The notes beneath the pieces are model-generated. The model did not search any database and was not told the origin of the DNA. It saw only the letters and a list, made by a program, of their open reading frames with translations. A DNA stretch of 64,000 nucleotides from a virus (Duplodnaviria > Heunggongvirae > Uroviricota > Caudoviricetes): the IMG/VR virus record IMGVR_UViG_2724679237_000005, positions 32,001-96,000 of that record; one strand, written 5' to 3'. Positions 1 to 10,822 of the stretch are shown here, one piece after another. Made by a program: the position numbers and the translations under genes. Numbering within the stretch: the first letter of the stretch is position 1; each line of letters starts with the position of its first letter.

Positions 1-141
1 CACAGTTTCGAATATGGCACGAATAGCCAGACGAGCCTCTCGATCGCTCATAAGCGACCGGGAATGTTCGTCCGCTACACGAATCAAAGCCTCTGTTGTT
101 TTCCGATCCAGTTCATCTTCAAGCAACAGTTCACTAAACAT
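1..141 (-). CDS. hypothetical protein, N-terminal part only (gene runs off the window start)
   Basis: ATG at 139-141 on minus strand preceded by AAGGAT; frame open to position 1. Confidence 0.3.
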   Translation of the reverse strand, partial: MFSELLLEDELDRKTTEALIRVADEHSRSLMSDREARLAIRAIFETV

Positions 142-202
142 TTTTTATCCTTAACCCATTTTGAGAGTTTTATTGTCGCAATGTCGAAGAGGCGAACAAT
201 TT

Positions 203-847
203 CTAATGAACGGTTACTCGGCCACAGAAGCGGTTTTCTATCTTTTCTACCGCGTTATCGAGCATTCTCATCACTGATCTGGCTCTTGCTTCAACCGTGC
301 GATATCGGTTGGAAACGACGAAGGTTTGCAGATCTCCCCTTTGCGGATGCAGGTGAATTTTTGTCAGTTCCCCGCACATCAACGCATCAATACGAGCGAC
401 ATACAGACGGTCTAATGATGCTCGTTGTGATCGCAAGTAATCTCGCTCTGAGAGAGCGACTCCCGGGCGTAAGCCAGCAATGGCGTTAAAGTTTGAAATA
501 GCAGTTTTGTGGCAAAACTTTTCGATATCGAGGGCTAACTCAATACACCGATCTTCATTTGTATGGCCGACCAAATCCAACGTGTAGGCCATAACATCAG
601 CAGGTGTGCGATCGATAACAAAGCCTTCAACACCACGTGTAAGTAGCTCTATATGCTTTGCTATTTCCATTTGAATCTGAAGCCGCTCATATAGAGGCAT
701 AGACTCACCTACTCGAACACCGAGGCGGCTCATCAAACTTCCGACACCAGCATCCACGTAAGGGATTCCGTAATGTTTGTCGATATATTTAGCCAGGGTT
801 GTTTTCCCACTGCCCTGAGCACCAGTGATCCCAATCCGGTAATCCAT
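203..847 (-). CDS. P-loop nucleotide kinase (dNMP kinase-like)
   Basis: Walker A GITGAQGSGKTT near N-terminus; start overlaps DHFR stop; sits in nucleotide-metabolism block. Confidence 0.5.
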   Translation of the reverse strand: MDYRIGITGAQGSGKTTLAKYIDKHYGIPYVDAGVGSLMSRLGVRVGESMPLYERLQIQMEIAKHIELLTRGVEGFVIDRTPADVMAYTLDLVGHTNEDRCIELALDIEKFCHKTAISNFNAIAGLRPGVALSERDYLRSQRASLDRLYVARIDALMCGELTKIHLHPQRGDLQTFVVSNRYRTVEARARSVMRMLDNAVEKIENRFCGRVTVH

Positions 848-1323
848 TACGACCTTCTGTATACGATCTGCGAAAAGCCAGGCTCTTCCTCGCTGGCTCG
901 TTGGGTATAAGCTGTTTCAACAGGCACAAAGCCTAAGTTACGCATCATGCTTGCCGGGAAGAATGCATCAGCGTTTGGTACATCAACGCCGATGTGGGAG
1001 AGCCAAATCTCTTCAACATGCGGCATGAATAGCGAGTAAATTTGTTCCCCGCCAATCACCCACACAGGCTCTGGTAATCGCAACACATCATCCACACCAG
1101 CAGGGTAGAATCCATTTGGTACAAAGCCATGAGAGCGCGTCAAAACGAGGTTATGACGCTCTGGAAGAGGGCGTTTGAGACTTTCCATCGTTTTACGCCC
1201 CATAACGACAGTGGCGTTTTTGGTGAGTCTCTTAAATAGCTTCAGATCGGTAGAACAGCGCCAGGGCAGTTCGTTCGCTATGCCGATCTCATAGTTACGG
1301 CCAACAGCAGCTATCATCTTCAT
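847..1323 (-). CDS. frd: dihydrofolate reductase
   Basis: MIAAVGRNYEIG...ELPW N-terminus and GGEQIY motif typical of DHFR; GAGGTGA RBS. Confidence 0.8.
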   Translation of the reverse strand: MKMIAAVGRNYEIGIANELPWRCSTDLKLFKRLTKNATVVMGRKTMESLKRPLPERHNLVLTRSHGFVPNGFYPAGVDDVLRLPEPVWVIGGEQIYSLFMPHVEEIWLSHIGVDVPNADAFFPASMMRNLGFVPVETAYTQRASEEEPGFSQIVYRRS

Positions 1324-1733
1324 TTGCTCACCTCATAGATGACCGGTCTATGATGAGAGTCAGCTAAAGCGGCACGGAGTCGAGGATCGTGCACCAGCGC
1401 AGCGATAAGCAGATCGCCTTTATGCTCCGCTAATGTGCGTTTAATATGCTTCTCATAACTGGTGCTATTCGGTACGAGATGAAGCCAGTCGTAATCAACG
1501 CCAAAATCTTTCAGCCATCGTTTAGTGGGCGCTTCAAGAGTTTCAGAGCGGCTACTGATAAGCACCACTTCAGCCCCTGAGCGAGCAAAACCACGCAACA
1601 TACGGCTGGTGGGGAAAATGAGTTCATCACCGGCAATGAGCTGGCCTGCATCCGCGTCAGATACAGATTTACGATGGCTGGTATTTGCCAGCACACCTTC
1701 AATTTCGCATAAGACATACATACCTCTTGCCAT
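1320..1733 (-). CDS. hypothetical protein (weak HAD-like motif, catalytic Asp not conserved)
   Basis: ORF with ATG immediately after thyA stop; motif LCEIEGVL resembles HAD motif I with E in place of D. Confidence 0.4.
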   Translation of the reverse strand: MARGMYVLCEIEGVLANTSHRKSVSDADAGQLIAGDELIFPTSRMLRGFARSGAEVVLISSRSETLEAPTKRWLKDFGVDYDWLHLVPNSTSYEKHIKRTLAEHKGDLLIAALVHDPRLRAALADSHHRPVIYEVSK

Positions 1734-1734
1734 A

Positions 1735-2838
1735 TCACACCGCCACTGGAACCTTGATCCACGGTAGAGGGTCATAGCCAAGAATTAAAACCTCGTCCCA
1801 TTTGAAATCATCCAACTCTGACCATTCATGAGGGAAAATAACGACCGGATCTGAATGCTCTGGAGCCTGTCGTTTCATTAGCTCACACACACCTTCCATG
1901 TGGTTGTTGTACAAATGCACGTCAAAGCCAAAATGCACAAATGCACCGGCCATGTGACCCGTAATCTTCGCGAGAAAATGAGTGAGAATGCCATAGCCAG
2001 CAATATTGAATGGCATACCAACAAAAGTGTCTACGCTACGCTGTACGAGGCAGGAGTTGAGGATGCGTTTGGGGATTCCAAGTTCATCCAGTTCGGCTTC
2101 AGTAACACTGCCGTCCATCTCCAGATCGTATAGCATCTTGGTGTAGATAGACTCGTAACCGAGGCGACTGTGTTGAAGACCAATGTCAGTTGCCATCGTT
2201 AAACGGGTTTCAAAATCCAGCTCACGACTCCACAAAGAGAAGACAAAGTGGCAAGGTGGCAGCTTCATATCCTCAAGCTCGCCTACGTTCCATGCGTTAA
2301 GCATGATGCGACGATCGGTAGGGTTCGTGCGCAGTGTATCGACAATACGCTGTAGCTGATCGATTTCACGGGACAGCACTACGCGATCTTCACAGATACC
2401 CAGGTATCCCTCGACTTTGTACCCGCGTTCACGGAAAGTAGCGATCTTGCTCAGATATTCACTATGGCTCACGATGCGGGTATCTTCCCATCGACGCCAC
2501 TGCTTACCGTAAACCGGCCCCAAATCGCCATTCTCATCGGCCCATGCATCCCAAATCTTAACGCCGTTATCCTTGAGAAATTGGATGTTGCCCGTGCCTT
2601 TCAGATACCACTCAAGTTCGACAAGTAGTGGCTTAAGATTTACCGCCTTTCCAGAAATAAGCGGCACAGTCCCACCAGTAAGCATGTAGTAAGAGGGAAC
2701 GTAGCAGGTGCTTAAAGTACCAGTGCCTGTGCGATCATCAGCCTGCACGCCGCTTTTAAGCACCGTCTCAATAACTTTTGCATACGATGCGTTTGTTACC
2801 TGACCGTTCGTATGCTCACGATTCAAAAGGAGTGACAC
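1735..2838 (-). CDS. thyA: thymidylate synthase
   Basis: DRTGTGT, GPVYGKQWR, DRRIMLNAWN and LPPCH motifs; GTG start with GAGGT RBS. Confidence 0.9.
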   Translation of the reverse strand: MSLLLNREHTNGQVTNASYAKVIETVLKSGVQADDRTGTGTLSTCYVPSYYMLTGGTVPLISGKAVNLKPLLVELEWYLKGTGNIQFLKDNGVKIWDAWADENGDLGPVYGKQWRRWEDTRIVSHSEYLSKIATFRERGYKVEGYLGICEDRVVLSREIDQLQRIVDTLRTNPTDRRIMLNAWNVGELEDMKLPPCHFVFSLWSRELDFETRLTMATDIGLQHSRLGYESIYTKMLYDLEMDGSVTEAELDELGIPKRILNSCLVQRSVDTFVGMPFNIAGYGILTHFLAKITGHMAGAFVHFGFDVHLYNNHMEGVCELMKRQAPEHSDPVVIFPHEWSELDDFKWDEVLILGYDPLPWIKVPVAV

Positions 2839-2853
2839 AATAACCTCACAAAG

Positions 2854-2869
2854 ATAAGTAATTACTTAT
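2854..2869. promoter_or_regulatory. perfect 16-bp palindrome ATAAGTAATTACTTAT upstream of thyA (member of ACTTACTTAT motif family)
   Basis: read directly; 16 nt upstream of thyA start. Confidence 0.5.
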
Positions 2870-2912
2870 TCATTGCGTGAGTTTACATTTATTGAGGGGA
2901 CAAGGCCAGATA

Positions 2913-2945
2913 GATAAAAAAATGGTGGCCATAGGCCACCAAAAA
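2913..2945 (-). terminator. rho-independent terminator after NTP-pyrophosphatase gene
   Basis: 8-bp stem tggtggcc/ggccacca followed by T-run on minus strand. Confidence 0.55.
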
Positions 2946-3009
2946 CGAATAGTTGTTTCAGGAATTTAACGCGCCAACACAATATACATAGATAGATAAC
3001 TACCTACAA

Positions 3010-3879
3010 TTATTTTTTGATCATTCCATACATTGCTGAGGATTTAGCTTGCTCAACAAAGGAGGATAAATCGACATCACTATAGGTTGGAGACTTCAGA
3101 ATCTTTCCATCGGAAATTCGAAAACCGATCATCTTATCGGTGCCATCAGCATGGCGGAATCCCAGATCTGAAGAGTCGTATTTGCAGTTGGCCACAGCCT
3201 GGCGACGTTCCTCGACATCAGCAGGCCATAATTTTGTCATGTTCGACCGATGAATTTCGCCAACCAGCTCGACTACATTGATACCGAGGAAATCAGCCAG
3301 TCGATAGGTCATCATGCACGCCACATAGATTTTGTTCATGACACGGCGCAGTTCCTGAATCAGTTCAGAATCCTTAACAGTCTTGTTCTCAAGTTTATCT
3401 GCCAGCTCTTCGAGCATACATGACGCCTCACGAGCTTCCTGAAATGGCATTGCCATATCATCGAAAACAGTGTTACCGGGCACAAAAATTGTCTGCATAA
3501 AGCGATCAATGCTCTGTTCCTGCGTGTAATAGGTCATGCCGGTAGAAATACCACCTTTGATGGCGACCATCGTACCAACACCAACGTATAAAAAGTCGGC
3601 CATTGCATCCAGCAGTTGCTCAATATCCCCATTCATTGCGGCTGGAATACCTTCCACTACAGCTTCTTCATGAATCAGGCTTGCACGGAGACGAAGCAGC
3701 TCTGGTGTCGGCATAACGCGTCTCGGATGCTGGAAGAGTTCATGAAACTGATCGACCATCTTGTAAATACTTTCAGTAGCTACACCATGACCTTCATGCA
3801 ACTCATATGGTTCTGGCTTAAATCCAATGAGACGATCGGTGGCAAGTTTCAGGTGGTCAGTCAGTTTGGTAAAGTTCAT
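3010..3879 (-). CDS. putative all-alpha NTP pyrophosphohydrolase (MazG or dimeric dUTPase-like)
   Basis: EExxE-type acidic helical motifs (LIHEEAVVEG, MLEELADKLE); start reassigned to internal ATG with AAGGAA RBS because upstream part overlaps nrdB. Confidence 0.4.
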   Translation of the reverse strand: MNFTKLTDHLKLATDRLIGFKPEPYELHEGHGVATESIYKMVDQFHELFQHPRRVMPTPELLRLRASLIHEEAVVEGIPAAMNGDIEQLLDAMADFLYVGVGTMVAIKGGISTGMTYYTQEQSIDRFMQTIFVPGNTVFDDMAMPFQEAREASCMLEELADKLENKTVKDSELIQELRRVMNKIYVACMMTYRLADFLGINVVELVGEIHRSNMTKLWPADVEERRQAVANCKYDSSDLGFRHADGTDKMIGFRISDGKILKSPTYSDVDLSSFVEQAKSSAMYGMIKK

Positions 3880-3956
3880 GCTAGTTTTGTTCCTTCTTAA
3901 TTCTTGTGATCCATTGTGGCCCAGCGTTGCCAGGCCACATAATGCTTTGTATCGGT

Positions 3957-5099
3957 TTACAGGTCTGCAAACTGGCTTAGAGAAGCCTTGTCCACGGTAG
4001 AATCGATCTGACCTACCAGATATGTGCTTTGCTCTGCCTCTTGTGGTGCAATTTGCAGTGTGTCGGTTAACAACCACTTGTTCATCCAGACCAGCGGATC
4101 TGTGGTAACTTCTGGAAATAAAGCCTTCAGGCCAAGACGATTCATAGCCAGATTGGTTCGGTATTTTACATAGGTCTTCAGAATATCCGCGTTTAAACCA
4201 ATCATCGAACCGTCTTTGAAGAGATAGTCTGCCCAGTTCATTTCTTGTTCGGCGACTGATTTCATGGTGTCGTAAATGACGTTTTCTTCATCAGCAGCAA
4301 TCTCTTTCCACAATAAACCTTCGCGACCGGTACGCATGAAGCGGATCATGCGTTCAGTTCCTTCGCAATGCAGAGCTTCATCACGGGCAATAAAGCGCAT
4401 AATTTTGGTGTTACCCTCAAGCAACTTCCGTTCGCCAAAGGCAAACGTACATGCAAAACTTACATAGAAACGGATCGCCTCAAGCGCATTAATGGACACC
4501 AACGTGCGGAAAAGCTGACGGTGCAAAGGGTATGGCTCCCAGCCATATTCATTTACGTACAGACGTTCAAACTCTTTCTCACCTAACGACTGGCGCTCGC
4601 AGGTCATCCCATAAAGCCTGTCATATTCAGCAGAGATACTGATCGCTCGGTTGATGATTTCTTCATCCGTAACAATACCGTCAAAAACAATGCTCGGATC
4701 GTCCACCATGCCACGAATAATGTGGGTGTAGCTGCGGCTATGGATAGTCTCAGAGAAAGACCATGTTTCAACCCACGTTTCCAGTTCAGGAATAGAGATA
4801 AGCGGCAGCAGCGTTGCATTTGGGCTACGTCCCTGAACTGAATCGAGTAACGTTTGATAACGGAGATTGCTCAGAAAAATGTGACGTTCGTGGTCCCGCA
4901 GCTTCGTGTTGAAGTCGATACGATCGCTCGAAATATCAACTTCTTCCGGCCGCCAGAAGAAAGACAATTGACGTTCAATCAACTTTTCAAAATCACGGTA
5001 TTTTTGCTGATCGTAACGTGCCACGTTGACAGATTGTCCGAGGAACATAGGTTCTTTGGTTGCATCATTAGCACCCAAACGGAACGTTGAATATGACAT
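3957..5099 (-). CDS. nrdB: ribonucleotide reductase class Ia small subunit
   Basis: Strong resemblance to enterobacterial NrdB N-terminus ([31 protein letters not shown]); start at ATG 5097-5099 with AAGGA RBS. Confidence 0.9.
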   Translation of the reverse strand: MSYSTFRLGANDATKEPMFLGQSVNVARYDQQKYRDFEKLIERQLSFFWRPEEVDISSDRIDFNTKLRDHERHIFLSNLRYQTLLDSVQGRSPNATLLPLISIPELETWVETWSFSETIHSRSYTHIIRGMVDDPSIVFDGIVTDEEIINRAISISAEYDRLYGMTCERQSLGEKEFERLYVNEYGWEPYPLHRQLFRTLVSINALEAIRFYVSFACTFAFGERKLLEGNTKIMRFIARDEALHCEGTERMIRFMRTGREGLLWKEIAADEENVIYDTMKSVAEQEMNWADYLFKDGSMIGLNADILKTYVKYRTNLAMNRLGLKALFPEVTTDPLVWMNKWLLTDTLQIAPQEAEQSTYLVGQIDSTVDKASLSQFADL

Positions 5100-5129
5100 G
5101 TGTTTTTCCTTTTGTTTTTTGATGTGTTT

Positions 5130-5148
5130 AAACAAGTTGTTATCTTAT
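5130..5148 (-). promoter_or_regulatory. conserved palindromic element AAACAAnTTGTTnTCTTAT (site 1, upstream of nrdB)
   Basis: motif recurs at 23251, 29287, 42815, 45744. Confidence 0.5.
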
Positions 5149-5166
5149 TTGTTTAAACAAGGCTTA

Positions 5167-5199
5167 CAAATCAAAGAGAAGGTGGGGATACACCCCACC
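5167..5199 (-). terminator. terminator after nrdA
   Basis: stem ggtgggg/ccccacc, then T-rich tract on minus strand. Confidence 0.5.
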
Positions 5200-5204
5200 A
5201 TATG

Positions 5205-7520
5205 TCAGATTTTGCAGGCTCCGTCGCACTCATCTTCTGGCTCGACGGCTACAGCTTGCGTCAGTGGATTCTGCGGTTCGTCGTCATCACGCTTTCCTGC
5301 CCCATCTCTGGTGTTGTGGTAGTAAAGCGTTTTAACTCCCATCTTGTAGGCGAGAAGCAAATCTGACAGTAGCGTCATCATTGGGACTTTATCGCCTTCA
5401 AAGCGAGAAGGGTCATAGTTGGTATTGGCTGAAATAGCCTGGTCAAAGAACTTCTGGATGATCGCCACCTTTGTCAGATAGCCGCGGTTGTCCGGCATAT
5501 CCCACAGGTATTCATACTGTTCCTTCAGTTTTTCAAACTCAGGCACGACCATCTTAACGATGCCGTCCTTAGAAGATTTCACCGACACCGGGCCACGAGG
5601 CGGTTCGATGCCGTTGGTGGAATTAGTGATCTGGCTGGAAGTCTCGCATGGCATTTGTGCCGTCAGTGTGGAGTTGCGAAGGCCGTATTTTGCAATACGT
5701 TCACGCAGTTCTTCCCACGGCATCTTTAACTCAAAGTTGGTTTCGCCACTTTCGTCTAATGAAGAACGGTAATGGTCGATCGGCAACTGACCAATTGCGT
5801 ACTTGGTCTGCTCAAACCAGTCACACTCACCTTTTGCTTCAGCAAGTCGGCAGCTGGCATCAAGAAGGTAATACTGGATAGCTTCGAACGTTTCATGCAC
5901 CAGTTTATTGCCAGCGGTATCAGAATAACGAACGCCATTCTTTGCCAGGTAATAAGCAAAGTTGGTTACACCAATTCCCAAGCTACGACGAGCTTTGGCA
6001 GGCACTTCGGCTGCCTCCATCGGATAGTCTTGATAATCCAGTAACGAATCCAGTGCAGCAACGGCATAGAACGCCACCTCTTTAAGAGACTCCAGTGAAC
6101 GGATAGCTCCGAGGTTAAAAGCGGATAAAGTGCATAGCGCGATCTCACCGTTCGGGTCGTCGGTAAATGCCAGTGGACGAGTGGGTAGAGTGATCTCCAT
6201 GCACAGGTTTGACTGGCGGACAGGTGCAAGAGCAGGAATGAAAGCGCCATGCTCATTAATATGATCTACGTTCGCAATATAAATTCGGCCCGTGGACGCT
6301 CGTTCCTGCATCAGAGATGAGAACAGCTCAATGGCAGGTACTGACTTCTTGCGAATTGAATCATCGGCTTCGTATTTATGGTACAGCTTTTCAAACAGCT
6401 CCTGGTCTGTGAAGAAGGCTTCGTACATATCAGGCACATCATGCGGGCTGAACAGAGTGATGTTCTCGCTTCTGACGAGTCGACGGTACATTAGACGGTT
6501 ACTCATGACGCCGTAATCAAGATGGCGAACGCGGTTTTCATCAATACCACGGTTATTTTTCACCACCAGCAGACTTTCAACTTCAAGATGCCATATCGGG
6601 TAAAACGCTGTTGCTGCGCCACCACGAACACCTCCTTGCGAGCAAGATTTAACAGCAGTCTGGAAATGCTTCAGGAATGGAATAACTCCGGTATGGGTGG
6701 CTTCACCATTGCGGATCTCGCTGCCCAGCGCACGGATACGGCCAAAACCAATACCAATTCCAGCACGACGTGAAACGTAGTCGATAATTGCGGCTGAAGC
6801 TGCACTAATCCCTTTCAGACTATCGCCAGACTCAATCAGCACACAACTGGAGAACTGACGGGTTGGAGTACGGACGCCGGCCATGATTGGTGTGGGCAGA
6901 GACAGTTTGAACGTACTTGTAACGTCATAGAAACCTTTGACCATCTCCATACGTGTTTTGCCAGCGCAGTCGTCTTCCCAATTCTGGAACAGACACATGC
7001 CCACCAGCATATAGATATGTTGCGGCCCCTCATGAATCTCACCAGTAACACGGTTTTGAACGAGGTATTTGCTTTGCAATTGCACCGTAGCCGCATAGCC
7101 AAAAAGATCGTCACGTTTAGGCTTAATGTAATTGCCGAGTTCTTCGATCTCTTCAAATGAATAATGTGTCAGCAAATCCTTGTCATAAACGCCCTTGTTA
7201 ACGTTCTTGATAATGTGTTGGTAGAAGTTCGGATAGTCGTAACGACCGAAGGCATCTTTGCGGATTTTAAAAATGTTCAGGCGGGCAGCCACCTGTGAGT
7301 AATTTGGTGCTTCTGGTGAGATCAAATCAGCGGCAGATTTAACCAAAGCCTCATGCAACTGGCTGGTGGTAATCCCATCAAAAATGCTGGCCGCAGCTCC
7401 CATTGCTACAGCGGATGCGCTTACACCACGAATGCCTTCTACGCCATACATTACGACGCGGTTGTATTTTTCTTCGGATAACGGCTCTGTTTGGCCGTTA
7501 CGTTTTACGATGCTTATCAT
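5205..7520 (-). CDS. nrdA: ribonucleotide reductase class Ia large subunit
   Basis: Near full-length similarity to NrdA incl. PTPIMAGVRTPTRQFSSCVLIE, CSQGGVRGGAAT and C-terminal CDGACKI. Confidence 0.9.
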   Translation of the reverse strand: MISIVKRNGQTEPLSEEKYNRVVMYGVEGIRGVSASAVAMGAAASIFDGITTSQLHEALVKSAADLISPEAPNYSQVAARLNIFKIRKDAFGRYDYPNFYQHIIKNVNKGVYDKDLLTHYSFEEIEELGNYIKPKRDDLFGYAATVQLQSKYLVQNRVTGEIHEGPQHIYMLVGMCLFQNWEDDCAGKTRMEMVKGFYDVTSTFKLSLPTPIMAGVRTPTRQFSSCVLIESGDSLKGISAASAAIIDYVSRRAGIGIGFGRIRALGSEIRNGEATHTGVIPFLKHFQTAVKSCSQGGVRGGAATAFYPIWHLEVESLLVVKNNRGIDENRVRHLDYGVMSNRLMYRRLVRSENITLFSPHDVPDMYEAFFTDQELFEKLYHKYEADDSIRKKSVPAIELFSSLMQERASTGRIYIANVDHINEHGAFIPALAPVRQSNLCMEITLPTRPLAFTDDPNGEIALCTLSAFNLGAIRSLESLKEVAFYAVAALDSLLDYQDYPMEAAEVPAKARRSLGIGVTNFAYYLAKNGVRYSDTAGNKLVHETFEAIQYYLLDASCRLAEAKGECDWFEQTKYAIGQLPIDHYRSSLDESGETNFELKMPWEELRERIAKYGLRNSTLTAQMPCETSSQITNSTNGIEPPRGPVSVKSSKDGIVKMVVPEFEKLKEQYEYLWDMPDNRGYLTKVAIIQKFFDQAISANTNYDPSRFEGDKVPMMTLLSDLLLAYKMGVKTLYYHNTRDGAGKRDDDEPQNPLTQAVAVEPEDECDGACKI

Positions 7521-7523
7521 GTA

Positions 7524-7562
7524 TCACCAAATAAAGAGGGCCACTATATTTAGTGGCCCATG
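7524..7562 (-). terminator. terminator between RuvC-like gene and nrdA
   Basis: 9-bp stem gggccacta/tagtggccc followed by T-rich run on minus strand. Confidence 0.5.
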
Positions 7563-7593
7563 TTAATAGATAAGCACTTACCTATCAATGAGA

Positions 7594-8163
7594 TCAAATG
7601 AGAGACTTGAGAACATCGCGCACCTGGCGAAACTGATCCGTTTGCATACCGGTATGGATGGCAGCCACCGCATCAGCCAAATGTTCGTTTTTGTTCACGA
7701 GAACATCCTGTCCAGATTGCTTACGACGCAGCCACGGTGCTTTAGGGTGTTTTTTCGTAGCCCACTGGATAATCTCTTCTTTCGATGTAGTAAGTTTATT
7801 GCCGACAAAATGCTTAATTTCGTTTGGAGTAACCTGGATCAATGGCTTATCCACACACGCAAGTACACCGATACAAATACCGTAAGACGTCTGCGAACGA
7901 GAGTTTTGGCTCCCAACCGGTAGCTCACAAAAAACCATATTCGCCTTATCAATGATTGGCTTCGCAACACGCCATATTTCACTGGCACGGCGCAGATCGT
8001 CACTGTTCACACGAACGGTCTTTTTGTTACTCCCCGCTTTAGTCTCAACAAGAGTAAGGCCGTGAATCTCAAGTTCGTCCGTTTCAAGGTCTAAAGTGCC
8101 CACAGCAAGCCCAAAGTTGCTCATCGAGGGATCAACACCAACTACGCTGATTTTTTTACTCAT
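7594..8163 (-). CDS. RuvC-like Holliday junction resolvase
   Basis: N-terminal VVGVDPS acidic motif and C-terminal EHLADAVAAI resembling RuvC DAADALA motif; AAGGAGA RBS. Confidence 0.5.
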   Translation of the reverse strand: MSKKISVVGVDPSMSNFGLAVGTLDLETDELEIHGLTLVETKAGSNKKTVRVNSDDLRRASEIWRVAKPIIDKANMVFCELPVGSQNSRSQTSYGICIGVLACVDKPLIQVTPNEIKHFVGNKLTTSKEEIIQWATKKHPKAPWLRRKQSGQDVLVNKNEHLADAVAAIHTGMQTDQFRQVRDVLKSLI

Positions 8164-8172
8164 ATAGTCTCC

Positions 8173-8916
8173 TTACCATGTTCCCCATAGAGGGTTTTCC
8201 AATAATCTCGCCTCCAACGAATTGGCTACTATTGCCGTTTGCAACGTTGGTTGGGGATAGTTTGCAAAGTCTGAATACTCATTTTCCTGCGTGACACGTT
8301 TATCTACGGCATGTTTAACGCCACTTGCTATGAAATGACGCATGATGCCCAACAGCCTCCGACTGTCTGCACTATCGTTTGCTAAAACATGAGGGAGCTG
8401 AAGTTCGATTTCTACCATTTCTCCATACTTACCAACAAACTGTAGTTTGTCCGCACTGTACTTTTTATCCCTCCTTTGGATAAGGAAACCAGTAAAAGCA
8501 TCACCTGGCGATGCCAAACTATCCACCCGCTTATTGGCAAGTCGAATAAGGTTCGTGAAAGCCATACAGTGATGCGCACCCATTCCCCCAAAGAACCCTT
8601 CGCTATTAATGTTAAGATCTTCAGTTTCATGGGATGCAATAAACCCAGGCCCGACGTTGGGAAGATATCCCCCCTCAACAAAAGGATTAATCAGGATCGG
8701 CGCAATACATCCAGGTGGTAGTGATTTCAAACTTTGCATCAATGGCGTCTCGGATATTAGACCAAGCAACGCGGCGAATTGTACTCCGTCAATATTGTTG
8801 CTGCCCCACAGAATACGTGGAGCCGCACCATTGGAAGTATGCCCATTGATCAGTTTTATCGACTGCATCACTGCAAATACCTGCAAAAACTGCGAGCGGC
8901 TTAATTTAAACGACAT
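8173..8916 (-). CDS. hypothetical protein
   Basis: 247-aa ORF overlapping sbcC-like stop by 11 nt; no recognisable motif. Confidence 0.5.
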   Translation of the reverse strand: MSFKLSRSQFLQVFAVMQSIKLINGHTSNGAAPRILWGSNNIDGVQFAALLGLISETPLMQSLKSLPPGCIAPILINPFVEGGYLPNVGPGFIASHETEDLNINSEGFFGGMGAHHCMAFTNLIRLANKRVDSLASPGDAFTGFLIQRRDKKYSADKLQFVGKYGEMVEIELQLPHVLANDSADSRRLLGIMRHFIASGVKHAVDKRVTQENEYSDFANYPQPTLQTAIVANSLEARLLENPLWGTW

Positions 8917-10822
8917 AGCTGCGCCCCTCTTTAACTTCCAGCGTAATAGTTTCCCGGAACCATGACTTCATCTCTTTATGGGAGATAATCAGCACAGTAC
9001 CTCGCTCGCGAGCTTTGGACTCCAGAATACCCATGAGGCGTTCAAGACCGGCTGTATCGAGTGCATCGTCAATTTCGTCGCCGATAAACAAATCGATGTT
9101 TTTACTCGCCCGGTTACTAACCAGATCCTGCAATGCCAAAGAACACGCAATGCGAACCTTCCGCTTCTCACCACCAGAGAGGGTCTGGAACGACTTACTT
9201 GAACCTTTCTTCTGCACACTAATGTTGAATTTGTCGCGATACTCACCTTTTTTAGTGACATCCATCGTCGACCACTCAGCAGTAATATTCCCGTCAGACA
9301 ACGTATTGAGATACTCGGCTGTGCGTGTATTCAGGAAAGGCGTAACAGACGTCAAAATATGAGAACGCACCCCGGCAGGAGAGTAGACCTGACGAGCTTT
9401 TTCCAATAGCAACGTTTGTTCCTGAATAGCCTTTAACTCGTCTTTTAAGGACTTGAAGGTAGACTTACTGGATGCCAGGTTATCTTCGTGTCTGGCGATA
9501 AGAGCAATAAACGGATTAATCTCTTTTGATATACGATCGACCTCAGTACGAGCACGAGTAACAAGAGACTCAATAGCAACAACCTCCTTCTCACGATGAC
9601 GCAAAGTTGAGAGTTGTTTAGTAAGCTCTTCAATCCGGGCAATGATAGCCGTTACATCAGGTGTCGTTTTAACAAGGGCAGACTCAATGCTTAACGCCTT
9701 CTCAAGATTCGTTTTGTGTTTAGCCATTGCCTCTGCAAGTGTCTTCGCCTGACCAATTTCCTGACGTGCTTGTTCAATGAAACTCTCCTTCACCGTTGAT
9801 AGATCTTCTTCGCAGTAGGCTTTGCCACAAGTAGGGCATGGTGATCCCACTTTAGTACCAACCTCTTCTGCTTTGGTCTTAAAATTACGCGCGCGGTTCA
9901 TTGCATCAGCCTGACTATTTTCTGTAGCTTTGATGCTTGCCCGAATATCAGTTATCGCACCACGCACTTTGAGCAACTTGGCATCATGTTCTTCTTTTGA
10001 GGCTAACTTTTTGCGCTCACTTTCGATTGCCTTCTCGGTATCACGGATCTGTTCGGGAAGAGTGCGGATCTCAAGTTCAACTTCCGTTAACTCAACTTCG
10101 GCACTTGCCAACCCAGCTAGGGCATCGTCATAACGTTTAGAACGCTCTTGCTCCCATGATTCAGAGGAGGCTTTCGCGGACTCAATTTCTGACTGTGTTG
10201 CCTCAATGGTCGAGATTGTCGACTCCAATTTGGTTTTAATCACGTCCATACGTGCGGCAGCTGCGTTAGCTCGTTCACGAGCAATAGCGTAGGCGCGTGT
10301 CAGTCTGTCAACGCCAGCGGCTTCTTCTACGATGGTTTTGAGATTTTTGTCGGACATTCCAGGTAGATCTGGCATAGCTTCTTGGCTTGCATAGATGGAA
10401 GCCATGAAAACTTCTTTAGATGCACCGATCAGACGCTCGACGAACTCCTGCGTCAGCGCATCTTTGCCTTTCGTCATATCGCCATCTTCACCACGAACGA
10501 TAAGACGATTTTTGAACTCTTTGTGTTTACGGTGACGAATGATCGCGTATCTCTTGCCTTCATCCTCGATGGTTACTGCAACACGACAGTTCTTTTCATG
10601 GTCGGTAGACAACACATCGTCACCCTTCACACCATGAGCTGTTTCGCCATAAAGACACCACATCAGGCTATTCATTAGCGTTGACTTTCCAGAGCCATTG
10701 CTTGATGCGGAACTATCATCACTATTAACGCCCTGAATTAGCACTAAACCACGCTGATCTAACTCGACCTCCGCGCTGGCGATAGCCATAAAATTCTCAA
10801 CCTGGAGTTTTAAAAACTTCAT
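8906..10822 (-). CDS. sbcC: SbcC/Rad50-like recombination ATPase
   Basis: N-terminal Walker A GSGKST, long coiled coil with central CPTCG zinc hook, C-terminal signature and Walker B. Confidence 0.8.
   Translation of the reverse strand: MKFLKLQVENFMAIASAEVELDQRGLVLIQGVNSDDSSASSNGSGKSTLMNSLMWCLYGETAHGVKGDDVLSTDHEKNCRVAVTIEDEGKRYAIIRHRKHKEFKNRLIVRGEDGDMTKGKDALTQEFVERLIGASKEVFMASIYASQEAMPDLPGMSDKNLKTIVEEAAGVDRLTRAYAIARERANAAAARMDVIKTKLESTISTIEATQSEIESAKASSESWEQERSKRYDDALAGLASAEVELTEVELEIRTLPEQIRDTEKAIESERKKLASKEEHDAKLLKVRGAITDIRASIKATENSQADAMNRARNFKTKAEEVGTKVGSPCPTCGKAYCEEDLSTVKESFIEQARQEIGQAKTLAEAMAKHKTNLEKALSIESALVKTTPDVTAIIARIEELTKQLSTLRHREKEVVAIESLVTRARTEVDRISKEINPFIALIARHEDNLASSKSTFKSLKDELKAIQEQTLLLEKARQVYSPAGVRSHILTSVTPFLNTRTAEYLNTLSDGNITAEWSTMDVTKKGEYRDKFNISVQKKGSSKSFQTLSGGEKRKVRIACSLALQDLVSNRASKNIDLFIGDEIDDALDTAGLERLMGILESKARERGTVLIISHKEMKSWFRETITLEVKEGRSYVV

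Noticed and set aside
64-489. 141-aa plus-strand ORF
   Set aside because: Antisense to the P-loop kinase gene; no RBS; arginine-rich antisense-type composition.
1320-1733. HAD-family deoxyribonucleotidase assignment for the 137-aa protein
   Set aside because: The candidate motif I has Glu in place of both catalytic Asp residues and the protein is short for a HAD fold.
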